Positions 33,901 to 37,260 of a stretch of 64,000 nt of DNA are shown here, piece by piece. Position 1 is the stretch's first letter. Each line of letters opens with the position of its first letter. The translations under genes were made by a program, and so were the position numbers. This stretch comes from Endomicrobiales bacterium (lineage in GTDB: Bacteria; Elusimicrobiota; Endomicrobiia; Endomicrobiales; JAFGIL01), in contig JAFGIL010000010.1 in NCBI GenBank assembly GCA_016929635.1, positions 829 to 64,828 on the forward strand, given 5' to 3'. The notes beneath the pieces are model-generated. The model had not been told where the DNA came from. It saw only the letters and a list, made by a program, of their open reading frames with translations, and did no database searches.

Positions 33901-36479
33901 TTCCCTTTCTTATCCTTAAGATATTCAAACCTGTTTTGGCTAATATTTAGAAGCTGACCGTTTTCTGCTGCTTGCGCATTAGAAGAATATTGCTCTATCA
34001 TCCCAAAGACCTTGTCTATCTTTGCTTCTAAAGCATCGAAAGAGTGCTCCCGCACCACAAGATCAATAAATCCTGCGATGTTCTCTCTCTGGCTCGAACC
34101 TCTATCTAAACGGTCCCTGCACCTGCGTAAAATTCCTATCGGGCCACCCAGATTATTTCCCGCAAAATCGTTTATCCAGGTAATCATCTCGTTTCTCATT
34201 TCATCGCCTTCCGGAAGCACTAAAAAGGAGTTCATCGCCTGATTGCCTAGCTCCAGGAATTCCTGATATATTGAAATAAGGGTATTCATCTTCGCTTCTA
34301 ACTCCTTCTGTACAGCCGAATCATCAAGATTATCCAGTTCTGCTTCGATTTCAAGGCAAAGATCTATACACTCCTGCTTTTTGTCATCGATACGCACAAC
34401 AAGCCGTTCAAGAATTCCTTTTACTTTGTCTAATATTGGTTCATTGCTTTGGACCTGTGATTCTATTATTGAAGCAACTATCTCTTTCCCCTGTTCAGCT
34501 TTAGTAATTTTACCCGTAGCCGGATCGAAATAAACCGTAGATGTTATCTCTTCTCCATCTTTATCCAGGCATAAAACATTTATCGGGAATGTACCATTCC
34601 TTTTTCTTCCTTCAAAAAACAGCTTCGGCTTATCATGGGTGAGCTCGCCTTCCAGCGGGAAGTATTCCCAGAACTTTGCATTAACCCCTGCTACGTCACC
34701 GGCTAGCAGCATCTCCTTTAGACCTTCCACCCTGGTTAAAGCTGTTTCTGCAAATTCCGTAGCACCGCCGATTTTTTGCGCAGCTGATGCGTCAGCTGAG
34801 TTTACCAGTTCGGTTAAACTTTGAAGCGCCAATGCTTCTGACAGGAACTCCCCTTGTTTCAGCAGCAGCTCCGAATAAACGTCTTCGGCAAAACCTGTTT
34901 CCTGGGTTACATTCGGAGTGATTACAAGGTAAGGCACGCTTCTTTCCCTCATAAGCTCGCATAGTCCGGGGGTATGGAACCCTCCGGTTATCAGAACCAC
35001 AATTTCCTCAGCATTATTCAGCAGGGCTGAAATGCTGTTTTCCATTTTTGCATCAACAGCATCCTCCGGTTTTGCTGTCTCTGTTAGCTGTGTCCTATCC
35101 TCTATCCCCTGGACTCTATCCTCTATTTTGCAATTAGAAAGTATACACTCGTTTCTTTTGATGTTCACCCCGTAATACTCGTTTAATAACTCTATATGCG
35201 GTGTTATTCCTGCAAGTTTATCATTGCCGATATATTTAGCCCACAGCAGCTCGTAATCGGAAAGGTTGTTCCGGACATACTCATAGTCATCAGCTGATAT
35301 CTTGTATGAAAGGTAATCCTTGAGATACTTCGTAAACTCGATAAGGAATATGACATCACGCTCGCTCTGGCTCAACGCAAGCCTTATGCGTATCTCATTT
35401 AACAGCCTCTGCTCCTCACGAATCAGCTCAAGCGGATTTAAATTCTGGCTGGTTTCAAGGTATTTGAAAAACTGCTTTAAGTTCGGATAATTGTCCTGGA
35501 TGTCAAGATTGTAGACTTTGACTATTTTTGACAGGTAAACGTATAGAAGGTTCGGCTGGGTAAAATTCGAAGTATAGTTGGCCAGCATGTTGAATGCATT
35601 ATAAGGCAACTTCTGCTTCAGGAGGTTAAGGAAACTCTGCAGTTCCTGCCCTACTTTTTTGTATTTCATCTTGCCGCTTATTTCAAATGTTTTTGAAAAC
35701 TCAATGATATTCTGATATTTATCCACATCCACCCCGAGCTTGCCGGCCTGTGCAAGCAGATCCGAATAGTACTTATGGGGTTTCAGGTTTCCTTCTTTGT
35801 GTTTCTCAATGGTTTTAGTCAATTTTTTGTTCCTGGAATTAAAATACCTTTGTTCCAGCTGAACCAGGTCTTCATTGAGAAATTCTATCTCTGAATTAAT
35901 CTGCTTCTGTTTTTCGTTTATGGTCTTAAGCCTCAGTATGTTGTCAGTATGGAGTTTCCTGTTCTCCACGCCGACCAAAAGATCAGTTTTTCCCGATTTT
36001 ACAGAGTAGTATTCCGCACCGGTAAGTTTACCGCTGTCAATCAGGGCTTCAAGCACTTTATCTTTCAACTCTTTATCATCCACATCAGTGAGCCATGAAG
36101 TATCTATGTTGCCCGATGCGCCTTCTATATAGACATTCTTCAGGTCGTACTTCTTATCTAAAATTGAAAGGATTTTAGATATATTCCTCTGCACTTCTGG
36201 ATGACAGTGGAGGTCCTGGATGTTTACCACTACTCTCTTGCAGCGCCCGGCACCGGAAGCTTGAGACTCATCAACCAGGTCAGTCTGTGCTCTTTGCCGG
36301 GAGTCCCGTACTTCAGTGATCCTTCCTATAACGCCGGGAATAAAGAAGCTGTCAAAGATTTCCCTGAATTCCGCCGTTTCTTTTCTTTTTTCAACAACAG
36401 CCTGCAGCGGCTGGCTGACTATGAAAGAAAAAACAAAGCAGCAGGTTGTCAAAACCGCTATAAATTTTTTGATATTCAT
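12978..36479 (-). CDS. Giant multi-anchored envelope protein, 7,833 aa (uncharacterised)
   Basis: 23,502 nt without a stop in an AT-rich background. AAGGAG lies 7 nt upstream of ATG 36479. N-terminal signal peptide MNIKKFIAVLTTCCFVFSFIVSQPLQA. Six TM-helix clusters, a TPR block, HExxH, internal duplications, and an intrinsic terminator after the stop. Confidence 0.85.
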   Translation of the reverse strand: MNIKKFIAVLTTCCFVFSFIVSQPLQAVVEKRKETAEFREIFDSFFIPGVIGRITEVRDSRQRAQTDLVDESQASGAGRCKRVVVNIQDLHCHPEVQRNISKILSILDKKYDLKNVYIEGASGNIDTSWLTDVDDKELKDKVLEALIDSGKLTGAEYYSVKSGKTDLLVGVENRKLHTDNILRLKTINEKQKQINSEIEFLNEDLVQLEQRYFNSRNKKLTKTIEKHKEGNLKPHKYYSDLLAQAGKLGVDVDKYQNIIEFSKTFEISGKMKYKKVGQELQSFLNLLKQKLPYNAFNMLANYTSNFTQPNLLYVYLSKIVKVYNLDIQDNYPNLKQFFKYLETSQNLNPLELIREEQRLLNEIRIRLALSQSERDVIFLIEFTKYLKDYLSYKISADDYEYVRNNLSDYELLWAKYIGNDKLAGITPHIELLNEYYGVNIKRNECILSNCKIEDRVQGIEDRTQLTETAKPEDAVDAKMENSISALLNNAEEIVVLITGGFHTPGLCELMRERSVPYLVITPNVTQETGFAEDVYSELLLKQGEFLSEALALQSLTELVNSADASAAQKIGGATEFAETALTRVEGLKEMLLAGDVAGVNAKFWEYFPLEGELTHDKPKLFFEGRKRNGTFPINVLCLDKDGEEITSTVYFDPATGKITKAEQGKEIVASIIESQVQSNEPILDKVKGILERLVVRIDDKKQECIDLCLEIEAELDNLDDSAVQKELEAKMNTLISIYQEFLELGNQAMNSFLVLPEGDEMRNEMITWINDFAGNNLGGPIGILRRCRDRLDRGSSQRENIAGFIDLVVREHSFDALEAKIDKVFGMIEQYSSNAQAAENGQLLNISQNRFEYLKDKKGKEGLTGWETIEYRVVHPVIGAPIIETFALTIGTLVASFIDPTGIIAPLLIGWIFAVLHPDVRANIRAVMAEKGWTGILGWIRAAFSADVLASRGFWQRFAFGFGSSLFIANSIMVGALLSWAVHAYLNLHKYRGWRGSENIEYLQWWYGGMEVYEYDSNQIREIMKKLNRSGKRAFVIELMKSIASGRRTRVPAQNMHGLLSQWIEELGSYKPDFRGKIKQAQAALDNGDVYKAMEIIRDLEIDLYYERAVPASLGAQQQQDLEAWESAIAQLIVESEAFSKPEEYPELQNLEVGKRKKQVPAVLEKIRRALRDRVNAIPNISDVQKKRLGLIFAKIDQIQSNIDRINIGDAILPLDKEIGKLRDLVQLMYSYKVPRRMRMQIHFLVECLATQRRTLVDSLRLGEWEVPPLDDYQGLLQLHRRCQAAINSAFYNSNKIAEAEALYAKIAASTPKEAAIPGHTRFLNVLKELRRSQLDEIHELTRKAEQKEEEAEMVSATVDVNGQRVTLSPYATEVLRSRPGATLMNNETISWLKNRFVLRFLFGDLGNIVSNYYANAGLSRGQWFILGLAVRIAAIKESGQITTMLGFSPVLDSVKNLTLNAVNLLPTINNKQVADFHRGHRLSDIYRQEREIGLDEINRAMIMAATRSGIWGGLLFWMPTKTAIWVANVVTHMRFNMQSLNMARNMAIPLLMQTPTSFMIEPGIDASIPEGTAGHIWLGSASQRSVLEYRHTDDGLEIRYVDPNTGQEFTTTVVAGDESIPFSIVGSVGVREKETSLEFSSSGGMQILSIPNSSLSTISEASIIYSNGKFVITNKSRVEQGKNIALRAVPSLLMMDRNQQLDAYASQIIDFVEKGYDLARIPVLRGVIDDIEKLLDTRTVLHGRSEEIEFLLQAIEKKWKIKNIIKTDVPAFFEPIQMAEITSRMDLYFNPWYIEYLAEAEERRDELDNAKLAQRLYIVLRGLYLRSEEGAIKTRNTRIRNYTLHDETFYELSVHVNVNGMSLEIPITAGYTEQELAQFKKLGYEVNRFLAGVSDRDRPLAILFLIQQMDTILIKDILDPTADYFASLFAQCNLTEITGALETFSEKWKNLLEHLFGSIPNEPEQKYKQAAPKAKEQDPKMDAYKKLEKYLSSYSSNELAVDLTELGRVIRIIQDALSRDSYPEGITFNAEMLVKIAQVIQAVVAQKPQSITYTILNSVNPQMTKKKVYRKLVRYFHTDINQASFAKEATQLVNAVYEPYRNERLTTQANIKAYVILQYGQAKWDSWDELDPKERERLEKEASERYAPSAEMGDLEKIFDELGNVSAVVAAKSIGRNSYAELNRFLNAHKPEGMDDAEWANKRLRLASGIDIIHRVLVETASLNSVNVFALFRVARDISKAILQEETVIKQNRILLIIKIIVNTLRGLRLVNLNLSDLNAQQLANICAHTAFNMTYDSRELIPEKPVAVISFDWDTILDEFLDPKKFPVELRANKSKFMAFLDYCSENNILVTITPYCFLDDIEEALDKEILERILVVETPTGVSKNVSLSALERVGTECPGIHIDGASDSVPLFNILSRRQGSNLSAITMSPSTIDQLLERAKLEIGQKVELEASAAVLGVDDRHVAPDVFFRPIRVGSGVGVPILTRGTLREYVLLKYGRSLEELEPEELEIYAKEAAERFAPVAELDDVTAALADYIANGENGEVFQEFLSRHSPESDRDALTRGMIFIQTSINIAGELTFTDCKTARDKAIKVARAIIEDKEVLPEAERKALKGLNPTDLADLVLTSIDEWLQFTNPAAAAKGLTIDQLANIIAHAAWNLTHDPEERLFVSQDAADTLAERLRKLVDGGTLSIEDVEDYVEMYLDPTLRDMLDELDETLDDDKPLILIHDLVGGLGLSVGESLKVLPRVLEGLKGSDAGVMPVDISSSLDTAFIADVDSLIGRLSDLDLERLTINDIAIILRVLISPLAEGLDDGNKAKSIRDFLESLGVSIEGTRPNHRPEIVYLLERLESVDVANLQSQVVADALEEVTKTRAELLVNVSRVRSFIILIQIDPLRALRIIEESGELSGMIKMHLSNADILAKFKRALSYFDGDQENLELVNRIVTLLGFDQGLEQVALTGKRDGTEHTAPVQDEGSEINALRQRLAETGYKDVAALVDLANIYLGQQNYGSAEYVLKRLTEAAPDRIDAWSALGDCYSNLGSYDDGIECYEEAVRLSNEQSPEQKDISLLSRLGLLCLRRGTERYYRRAAEVYKELTIILPREAAVWFNLGYAYERIRNYKAALEFYSQALRLNPNNSEAYYRSGVVSYELADLAGTSETDRSRYLTNAEMFFTVALEQNPNHINALEELDRVYSRTGETDKRIEVIERLIAANPQEAGYHNALGTCYKSYDPGEALKHFRRAALLNPQLDVVWANIGDIYYELARIAGEVFRNYELAAIYKSQEHRAKLAQNRALGKVTIVSPETILAEIDSLKTLPRFLEELRQEGGNEMAVQYLRLQIYQPEIARMIRNLVKNREQTGETESLLSRLAEQDGLQVMTRELIRAITDLDDQLFIDLTELNTAPPDHMVTLKNAGVELTTSQIDEWLAQMDEWLKRHPVAPQSGDTLVATAVDSEQLMLPITERMGQWIAGKLGLDEEGTFVTVIFPAIVEFLGFLVPEVFHELHRGEGTDTTSRIVAKSLIAGTWIIFQGVTSWALMAAGISPVNLIMFNMIILCKRSLILVLSGDYDEAQRKRARGILAVNFWTLLVGGIVAGLSGNLGLALGAMYLANAVRHGIHNLVTPDARLFFGKGGASPASKLVKAGYLEKTRSDIGQDKFQPTKKLLNLIGNGIGLGVIEIGKEVYLVKVREGMLRGFSISAIFYQNKQEEYTFGVYRTTYEFSPEEVFNRVMGVVVAQSDYSRIDFNLGNVLEDDVIQESKEITAEKVREAIDRKVYSFDRETFDEVADDNLIDMIVVVVNALKGNKVNTQGFPLLKANVVEAAKAKPSGMAESAEAIELGEILGRAGDLDDIAVVEELISNGFLEVETIIEDTLFKGRRIEHNVVPTQKLKDIIGAGRLVDRGEVTVTVEKQTYTFKFDKGHVVEITARRRTISTSGYTEEFARQEKERKRQEIENRVVGEGVQGIRDLLEQGGVIIARWPSVADVVSGDFSVSILIDRPLSSDAVQRLLSYACVESYPDGIPSKYQGTPTEKVINFAWAVLREYQQPIAEYQGRPIRFFSDLFEVLRFDERFHVNFRYPNLMEFDEDSTIWGERKHGEKTSDIPSILLQEEVNLLLTIMQREVSADDVISQRMKLFARRLLEYYEGRLNKLSGRQVYEAVRIGLGETVDSDVGLQRICKGIRESQLQEVDAGLINEVQDIIRERTQAEHTAIVQALEGETVELKAGINKGLRVKVEVKKVPGDTFTRKNETAPGVSMVNFRATEDGLVLSIDLLEGFLDSASPNAIAQAIAYPLLIHIAGLSTQEAVLVENLYNEDRTRDTFLSDLDLYTINRARETGNEAVLRTILRAATGKYPVIYDSIPLGQISPAESPIAYIWRAAVSPNEVRTGMDLSLNDLTGNRVYAAGELAGDYLVDLVERNARESMVSRLIRILTATIEGGRHGGAVTAQRTVTVTHDRFVPVILEKFGIQQEGRMQAAMDHAVSAGITGFHGELVRTVLEGVDLFAFKDKYFVNYDVKVEGTDGDKYHLLEDFKDFVDLAIHFADEIATFNPSIKRVRFFMDRESDEWMLEISGPKAAYYSVLRGEKGMSRPEAETPLDPDLLGTFTISRKAFMQDANRQAFLDAIEANDVDSIGTPEAGALSSIVEPETEESAMSDVAKQIIATRDDTLREDELQDLDTNEFAKVATNLIEKGVLIVRENRVTYPSKLGSYLTWHRDSTGDITVQLEGAGYKIFLDANGDFANIQRYAQPLERRSNRTEWLNADDPGELSQVGLGAQLATPATLREYVMMEYGRLLKRFKPETKAQRQKSLQVLGMVRYLSAMMAERFNEETSAEFMAQRETKEEELVNLVFELSKALFEFANLQAGRNEYPLPTESDKAMIREGIANLFTEDPIELQINLPGRRHWLYIDLAYIDEEGSVRLEIISPELKPETDPILRAFRAIVDNKKLAQITVTKEQAAKLDAKELGRIRKEASVRFAPLAELDEVTAALADYAQNGEQGEIFQAFLSKHSPKSDKAALTRGMIFIQTSMNIAGDLLGKLTPLDSENAREIAIRVARAVIEDRDDLSELERDALEGLNPEDLADLVLASIDEWLSFTNPAIAAKGLTVEQLANIIAHTAWNITHNPNEWLLTADPFPLSPEYVSYDITNTDQVMQNLDKILLIPDKLVYLDVLQDRLSKKPTYIVPQVQGVVARYRMQLISISQFQRGILTEFGKLKAADGINYLQGVLEILLKGKTDKLKLGRKEIKAIQEFGQRTDEQFLKDVIEWLYLLTIEEELELEFENEERRGKGRTNKEKAQPLVRFLLATTSEDKLKAFLPEEAEYINAAHLRERLGQWILFLICQNYGLDLEGKSNVERLALLRNLMKRPQLNREILEFFPEDIRQDKALREGMVVLIFNVYERWVNTYQARIERKGGVLRSLDRRTGLPGSVSYQESLQNYQQAYESAGADQTAKDAAWKQFKKEIGTVAPLKETGLLAILALVPAGLLGVLALFVLPLGISTIALIGISAITGLFSWVVLSAIFMTWHKGTLGAEYDSKKGKFYRLGLLINFPFLALFLAPLAIPFVASYGLAAAIGIYLMYTLLAGAGSFGLHKYYNDSFLEYVDKHKLGKDGVVEFTDKINSAPPTVQLWLRNTERPASSEPGVGATLIASAFLTALLVGILIIGGLLVPKQEPSPQISPMETPSSSEDSMTRQGIPISEDGTTGEIEKKGEKEVDIEVPPAEMPEEEPGLPELINVGDTVEVNDLPQVREVLSNTFQALNCNTIHYTGELPDTEPIGNKDGQEGEYYEGDVDRIIEDFAKRGADTSPNAYPKYLIELKLHEHSSGKYLVEFGFKLRNPSFFSQLSETHRKLMAYGVVGFMFFLGLAWLARKLRGKRHLIGAIFLFLFIGGYSLVAIVDIIKTQGIRNITQVSVDSDTDLAEPAKRRRGVIDYERERVKAEVPPKDKIETGSEEYPGPIVDILNAFGMDTPFKRFIVGAVCSVPVILVGVILFYLIWCSGSTREYGTGNPWFRPGQWNRGGQYVRRSNIRGSRGVARVLFAGFIGLLVTVIGLVAIIALLSTAGVSIGMISQATGVINTLTKILIGSIVALGIFTGIGMVFAILSSKWLFERFSISADGKGVTGKSGSFVTTIGVLLILPALITLVLVGYIYPESYSWILTPSMKAKLGLAEPASPLVPVEQPESSMEGGKKAVAKEELLPEKGTTEKLPPEPAQESSQEAEPAAPPESTPIPESEPAPVSAGLNIAQVDQGLSALETQGVRFFMIFTEGYQSNPNQGLQNNSGVRGAELANLAQDGAYRVWRYRADLAGFEFGLITDADTTPEEIQAWFGDIRITQVSDGTTSSRQSKVPGRAKMLSPEMVQVSNLSNEEKSEQFRRWLAYVRAQIASVSSSGEGMLTQAQLAIQEERARLYVRAANLYGELSDIQEALSAPKKTIKPRRSLSASVTKVTHATPAQIVKDVPSTLPSVVDVPEIAVGMTLDEANAIVSRANRLMMSDKGHQVNRSELAEAREVIKAHAKERKPGAPRLAVSADEMDELRDRQLEILESLAALDAELMELHRMDEYQRLGWVQKFFLWLIGRSAGQSFNLPALTRLTFPVLASYQRFSVFGELGYGLSNAKTWTAAAYGGIVSGVITMLTVGVIAGAGIFNIGAIIALLTVGLGGAIVGGFLGVGIFVVGIYGPLTFPVVAAALGRGETEDRSEHFKAKLESVQKILKEKNPNIEVTATSERLGFLTPAETKTLTGSTEGEGNIIISHVIYLNEKLMSRLPEWLQDTIIEHELAHALELGHEDIIPMDVRSIIERGPVSRLSGPVWNAYKDSIRTFFPHKLAKNMVMDLFDRYTEIRTDYPDAERTTSVVFTYGGENEEKLTEQDVDLTKAGINRIRFAVTTESELDAREDVVELTAGADRVPYIVAEIDGNPVNFRIFAETIDAGNGTFAVKLHIAVPDKLSERFADLGVMKNLYYVLCYQIVTHSVEAGKSFNEILVDLGLPVKGTKKPLNIDSIYTGMNPAIAGELRVEINDIRFPDIEKAVDHLGVMGTMVFSGYAPQQIVADFRAKVLGFVKRIKSAHSRCSGFTMSLYRELGPGTLERDRNWGRVERSISDIRGQFEALLNEAREIQAFAPDISVLFKMAGIKRIEKVLARIDEFEAYGREQKKLRAHEFGGMILSNLLSLYAGLEKDVQSSLDNEALNKQLKASDRISQTVPIDATSEEFLETYAGAKTTQVRNQSAVTTGKSDVVMDFDMNILMSADRRVRRIRSVDQLYGYAQKALGIWQGQAGEVRFKDMFNADMSINEEYLAERVSLRGAQKDAFENYVEKVSDDLKSYVKHQALALTRRQRELDDTIDDESVMRSYNNDYENNAMRVYYTFWMLEQVRSMPQVDGISLGISVSDHKDARSLYSSIKVAMALGFTGVDVYLSGDILVTDINVFLNDYQVQNETARQQEKASVPEEYVTLFIYNAEAYSDGEIAQSMNDLGIIRHQTKTLGESFGVVDENASVEFTLPTLEDIRRTGLKKDELMRYLNNAIGVDAKRKIMRVDIPESDIFERLRVTIQEFGETVSKAIALLPDRKTRPARMRAQGQRYFHGRNVPSVEAVQDLMEFVSMYVIRPSDYEVSVRRTARELRTAIEGIKFGKGFEVDEKRFKQDMNRFLEIIENSDDKAKQSETLSDIMNYLHGICLGMIEHRYVTMENRNFETDQVRQAYVILCFNLLALDGDKLGGNLDDLSMYDTSVKYSRRLKMEARDSICGSIVESGVIPPAVYDGIAGRKRNAIAALISNLRDFETIPLIELQNIIETLQQPTRAGLLQAIEAAG
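15440..15880 (-). other. Module shared with the second giant ORF (copy in the 7,833-aa protein)
   Basis: VVFTYGG...AGINRIRFAVTTES...NFRIFAETIDAGNGTFAVKLHI...LVDLGLPVKG aligns with TVYFINDSG...AGFNVIRFAGYAES...AFRVWAEVIPTQNGSAINLHI...LKELGLPSRF at 56580..56980. Confidence 0.65.
16080..16094 (-). other. HExxH zinc-metallopeptidase-type motif (HELAHALELGH)
   Basis: The reverse complement reads CAC GAG CTT GCC CAT (His about 6796), within WLQDTIIEHELAHALELGHEDIIP. A third His sits at the +10 spacing seen in metzincin and WLM/SprT-like proteases. Confidence 0.5.
21060..21560 (-). repeat. Intragenic ~170-aa module, copy B
   Basis: VRFAPLAELDEVTAALADY...LTRGMIFIQTSMNIAG...DLADLVLASIDEWLSFTNPAIAAKGLTVEQLANIIAHTAWNITHN. 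DNA example: ccatgcggtatgggctatgatgtttgcgagttg here versus ccatgcggcgtgggctatgatgtttgcaagttg in copy A. Confidence 0.9.
26650..27500 (-). other. TPR repeat block (about 7-8 repeats, approximate bounds)
   Basis: Canonical TPR helices, e.g. AWSALGDCYSNLGSYDDGIECYEEAVRL, VWFNLGYAYERIRNYKAALEFYSQALRLNPNNSEAYYRSG, YHNALGTCYKSYDPGEALKHFRRAALLNP. Confidence 0.8.
28470..29015 (-). repeat. Intragenic ~170-180-aa module, copy A
   Basis: TLREYVLLKYGRS...ERFAPVAELDDVTAALADY...LTRGMIFIQTSINIAG...DLADLVLTSIDEWLQFTNPAAAAKGLTIDQLANIIAHAAWNLTHD. It matches copy B closely at both protein and DNA level. Confidence 0.9.
30170..30330 (-). other. J-domain-like segment with HTD instead of HPD
   Basis: TYTILNSVNPQMTKKKVYRKLVRYFHTDINQASFAKEATQLVNAVYEPY aligns by eye with the DnaJ J-domain consensus (DYYxILGV...IKKAYRKLAxKYHPDKN...FKEINEAYEVL). 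The HTD codons are at 30240..30248. Confidence 0.4.
34900..36260 (-). other. N-terminal domain with Tiki/ChaN/TraB-like motif pattern (approximate bounds)
   Basis: VVVNIQDLHCHPEVQ...VYIEGASG...VVLITGGFHTPGL resembles the GExH...H...E...GxxH layout of the ChaN/erythromycin-esterase/TraB (Tiki) superfamily. Motif-level resemblance only. Confidence 0.3.
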
Positions 36480-36496
36480 TTTACTTCTCCTTGAAA

Positions 36497-36535
36497 CAAA
36501 ATAAAAAACCCATCCGGTTTACTTCTGGATGGGTT
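36497..36535 (-). terminator. Intrinsic-terminator-like hairpin between the small upstream ORF and the giant ORF's RBS
   Basis: The minus strand reads AACCCATCC-agaagtaaacc-GGATGGGTT followed by TTTTTTATTTTGTTTC, then AAGGAG and ATG. The stem overlaps the stop of ORF 36535..37053. Confidence 0.6.
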
Positions 36536-37053
36536 TATAAATTTTTATTTTCATGTATTAAATAATTTTTATCTATTGCGCCTCTGGGCAAAAGATATAG
36601 TATCATCAAGAACATTATGCATATCAGGAAACTTTCGAAATAGATATAAAATGCTATATATTCATAGAATAGATCAAAAGCATTTACCTGCACTTTAGAG
36701 AATATTGTGTTAGATGCGGTTAAACCGCCAAAAACATTACTCAAAGACGTGTCAAGATTGCTGTTAAACGTGTATAAAAAGTGGATGTTTTTTTTCTTAG
36801 GGTTCCTGTGTTGCTTGTGCTGTTGTGAAGTGTCAGAAAAGGTGTTTACGCTATCCGGCGCTATCGCATCAGTTACGATCTTAACTGAAGCCGATATGCA
36901 CCATGTTAGAAAAAAAGCTTTTGAGGCGTGAAGTGTATTGCTGAAATACTCCTCTTCAAACAAACAGGACAACTCATCACCTGCCTGACAAAAAGGAGAT
37001 ATTAGCTGGAGAAGCAAACTTGGAATGATAATTAAAAAAACCGTTAATTTCAT
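36535..37053 (-). CDS. Hypothetical small secreted/membrane protein
   Basis: 172 aa with an N-terminal signal-like segment MKLTVFLIIIPSLLLQLISPFCQA and a C-terminal hydrophobic helix. No recognisable family and a weak RBS. Confidence 0.4.
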   Translation of the reverse strand: MKLTVFLIIIPSLLLQLISPFCQAGDELSCLFEEEYFSNTLHASKAFFLTWCISASVKIVTDAIAPDSVNTFSDTSQQHKQHRNPKKKNIHFLYTFNSNLDTSLSNVFGGLTASNTIFSKVQVNAFDLFYEYIAFYIYFESFLICIMFLMILYLLPRGAIDKNYLIHENKNL

Positions 37054-37260
37054 AATAGAATTATACTCTTTAAAGCTTTATTTATTATATAGTAAATATA
37101 TGAAAAATCTATGAAATTATTGAAAGAAATTTGTAAAATTTGAACAACCTTATTATTGCTATAAAACCTGCTGTTTTCAATCTAAAGAAAGTATAATAAC
37201 TTTTACTACAAATTTCAATGGTTTTTTTAAAATAAAAGATCTATTGCCAACCGATACGGG

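Noticed and set aside
37054-37260. Candidate promoter hexamers in the AT-rich spacer upstream of the small ORF (e.g. a TATAAT 6 nt before ATG 37053, which would imply a leaderless mRNA).
   Set aside because: The region is so AT-rich that -10-like hexamers are expected by chance, and I found no convincing -35 partner at 16-18 nt. It is reported only as the probable promoter-containing interval.
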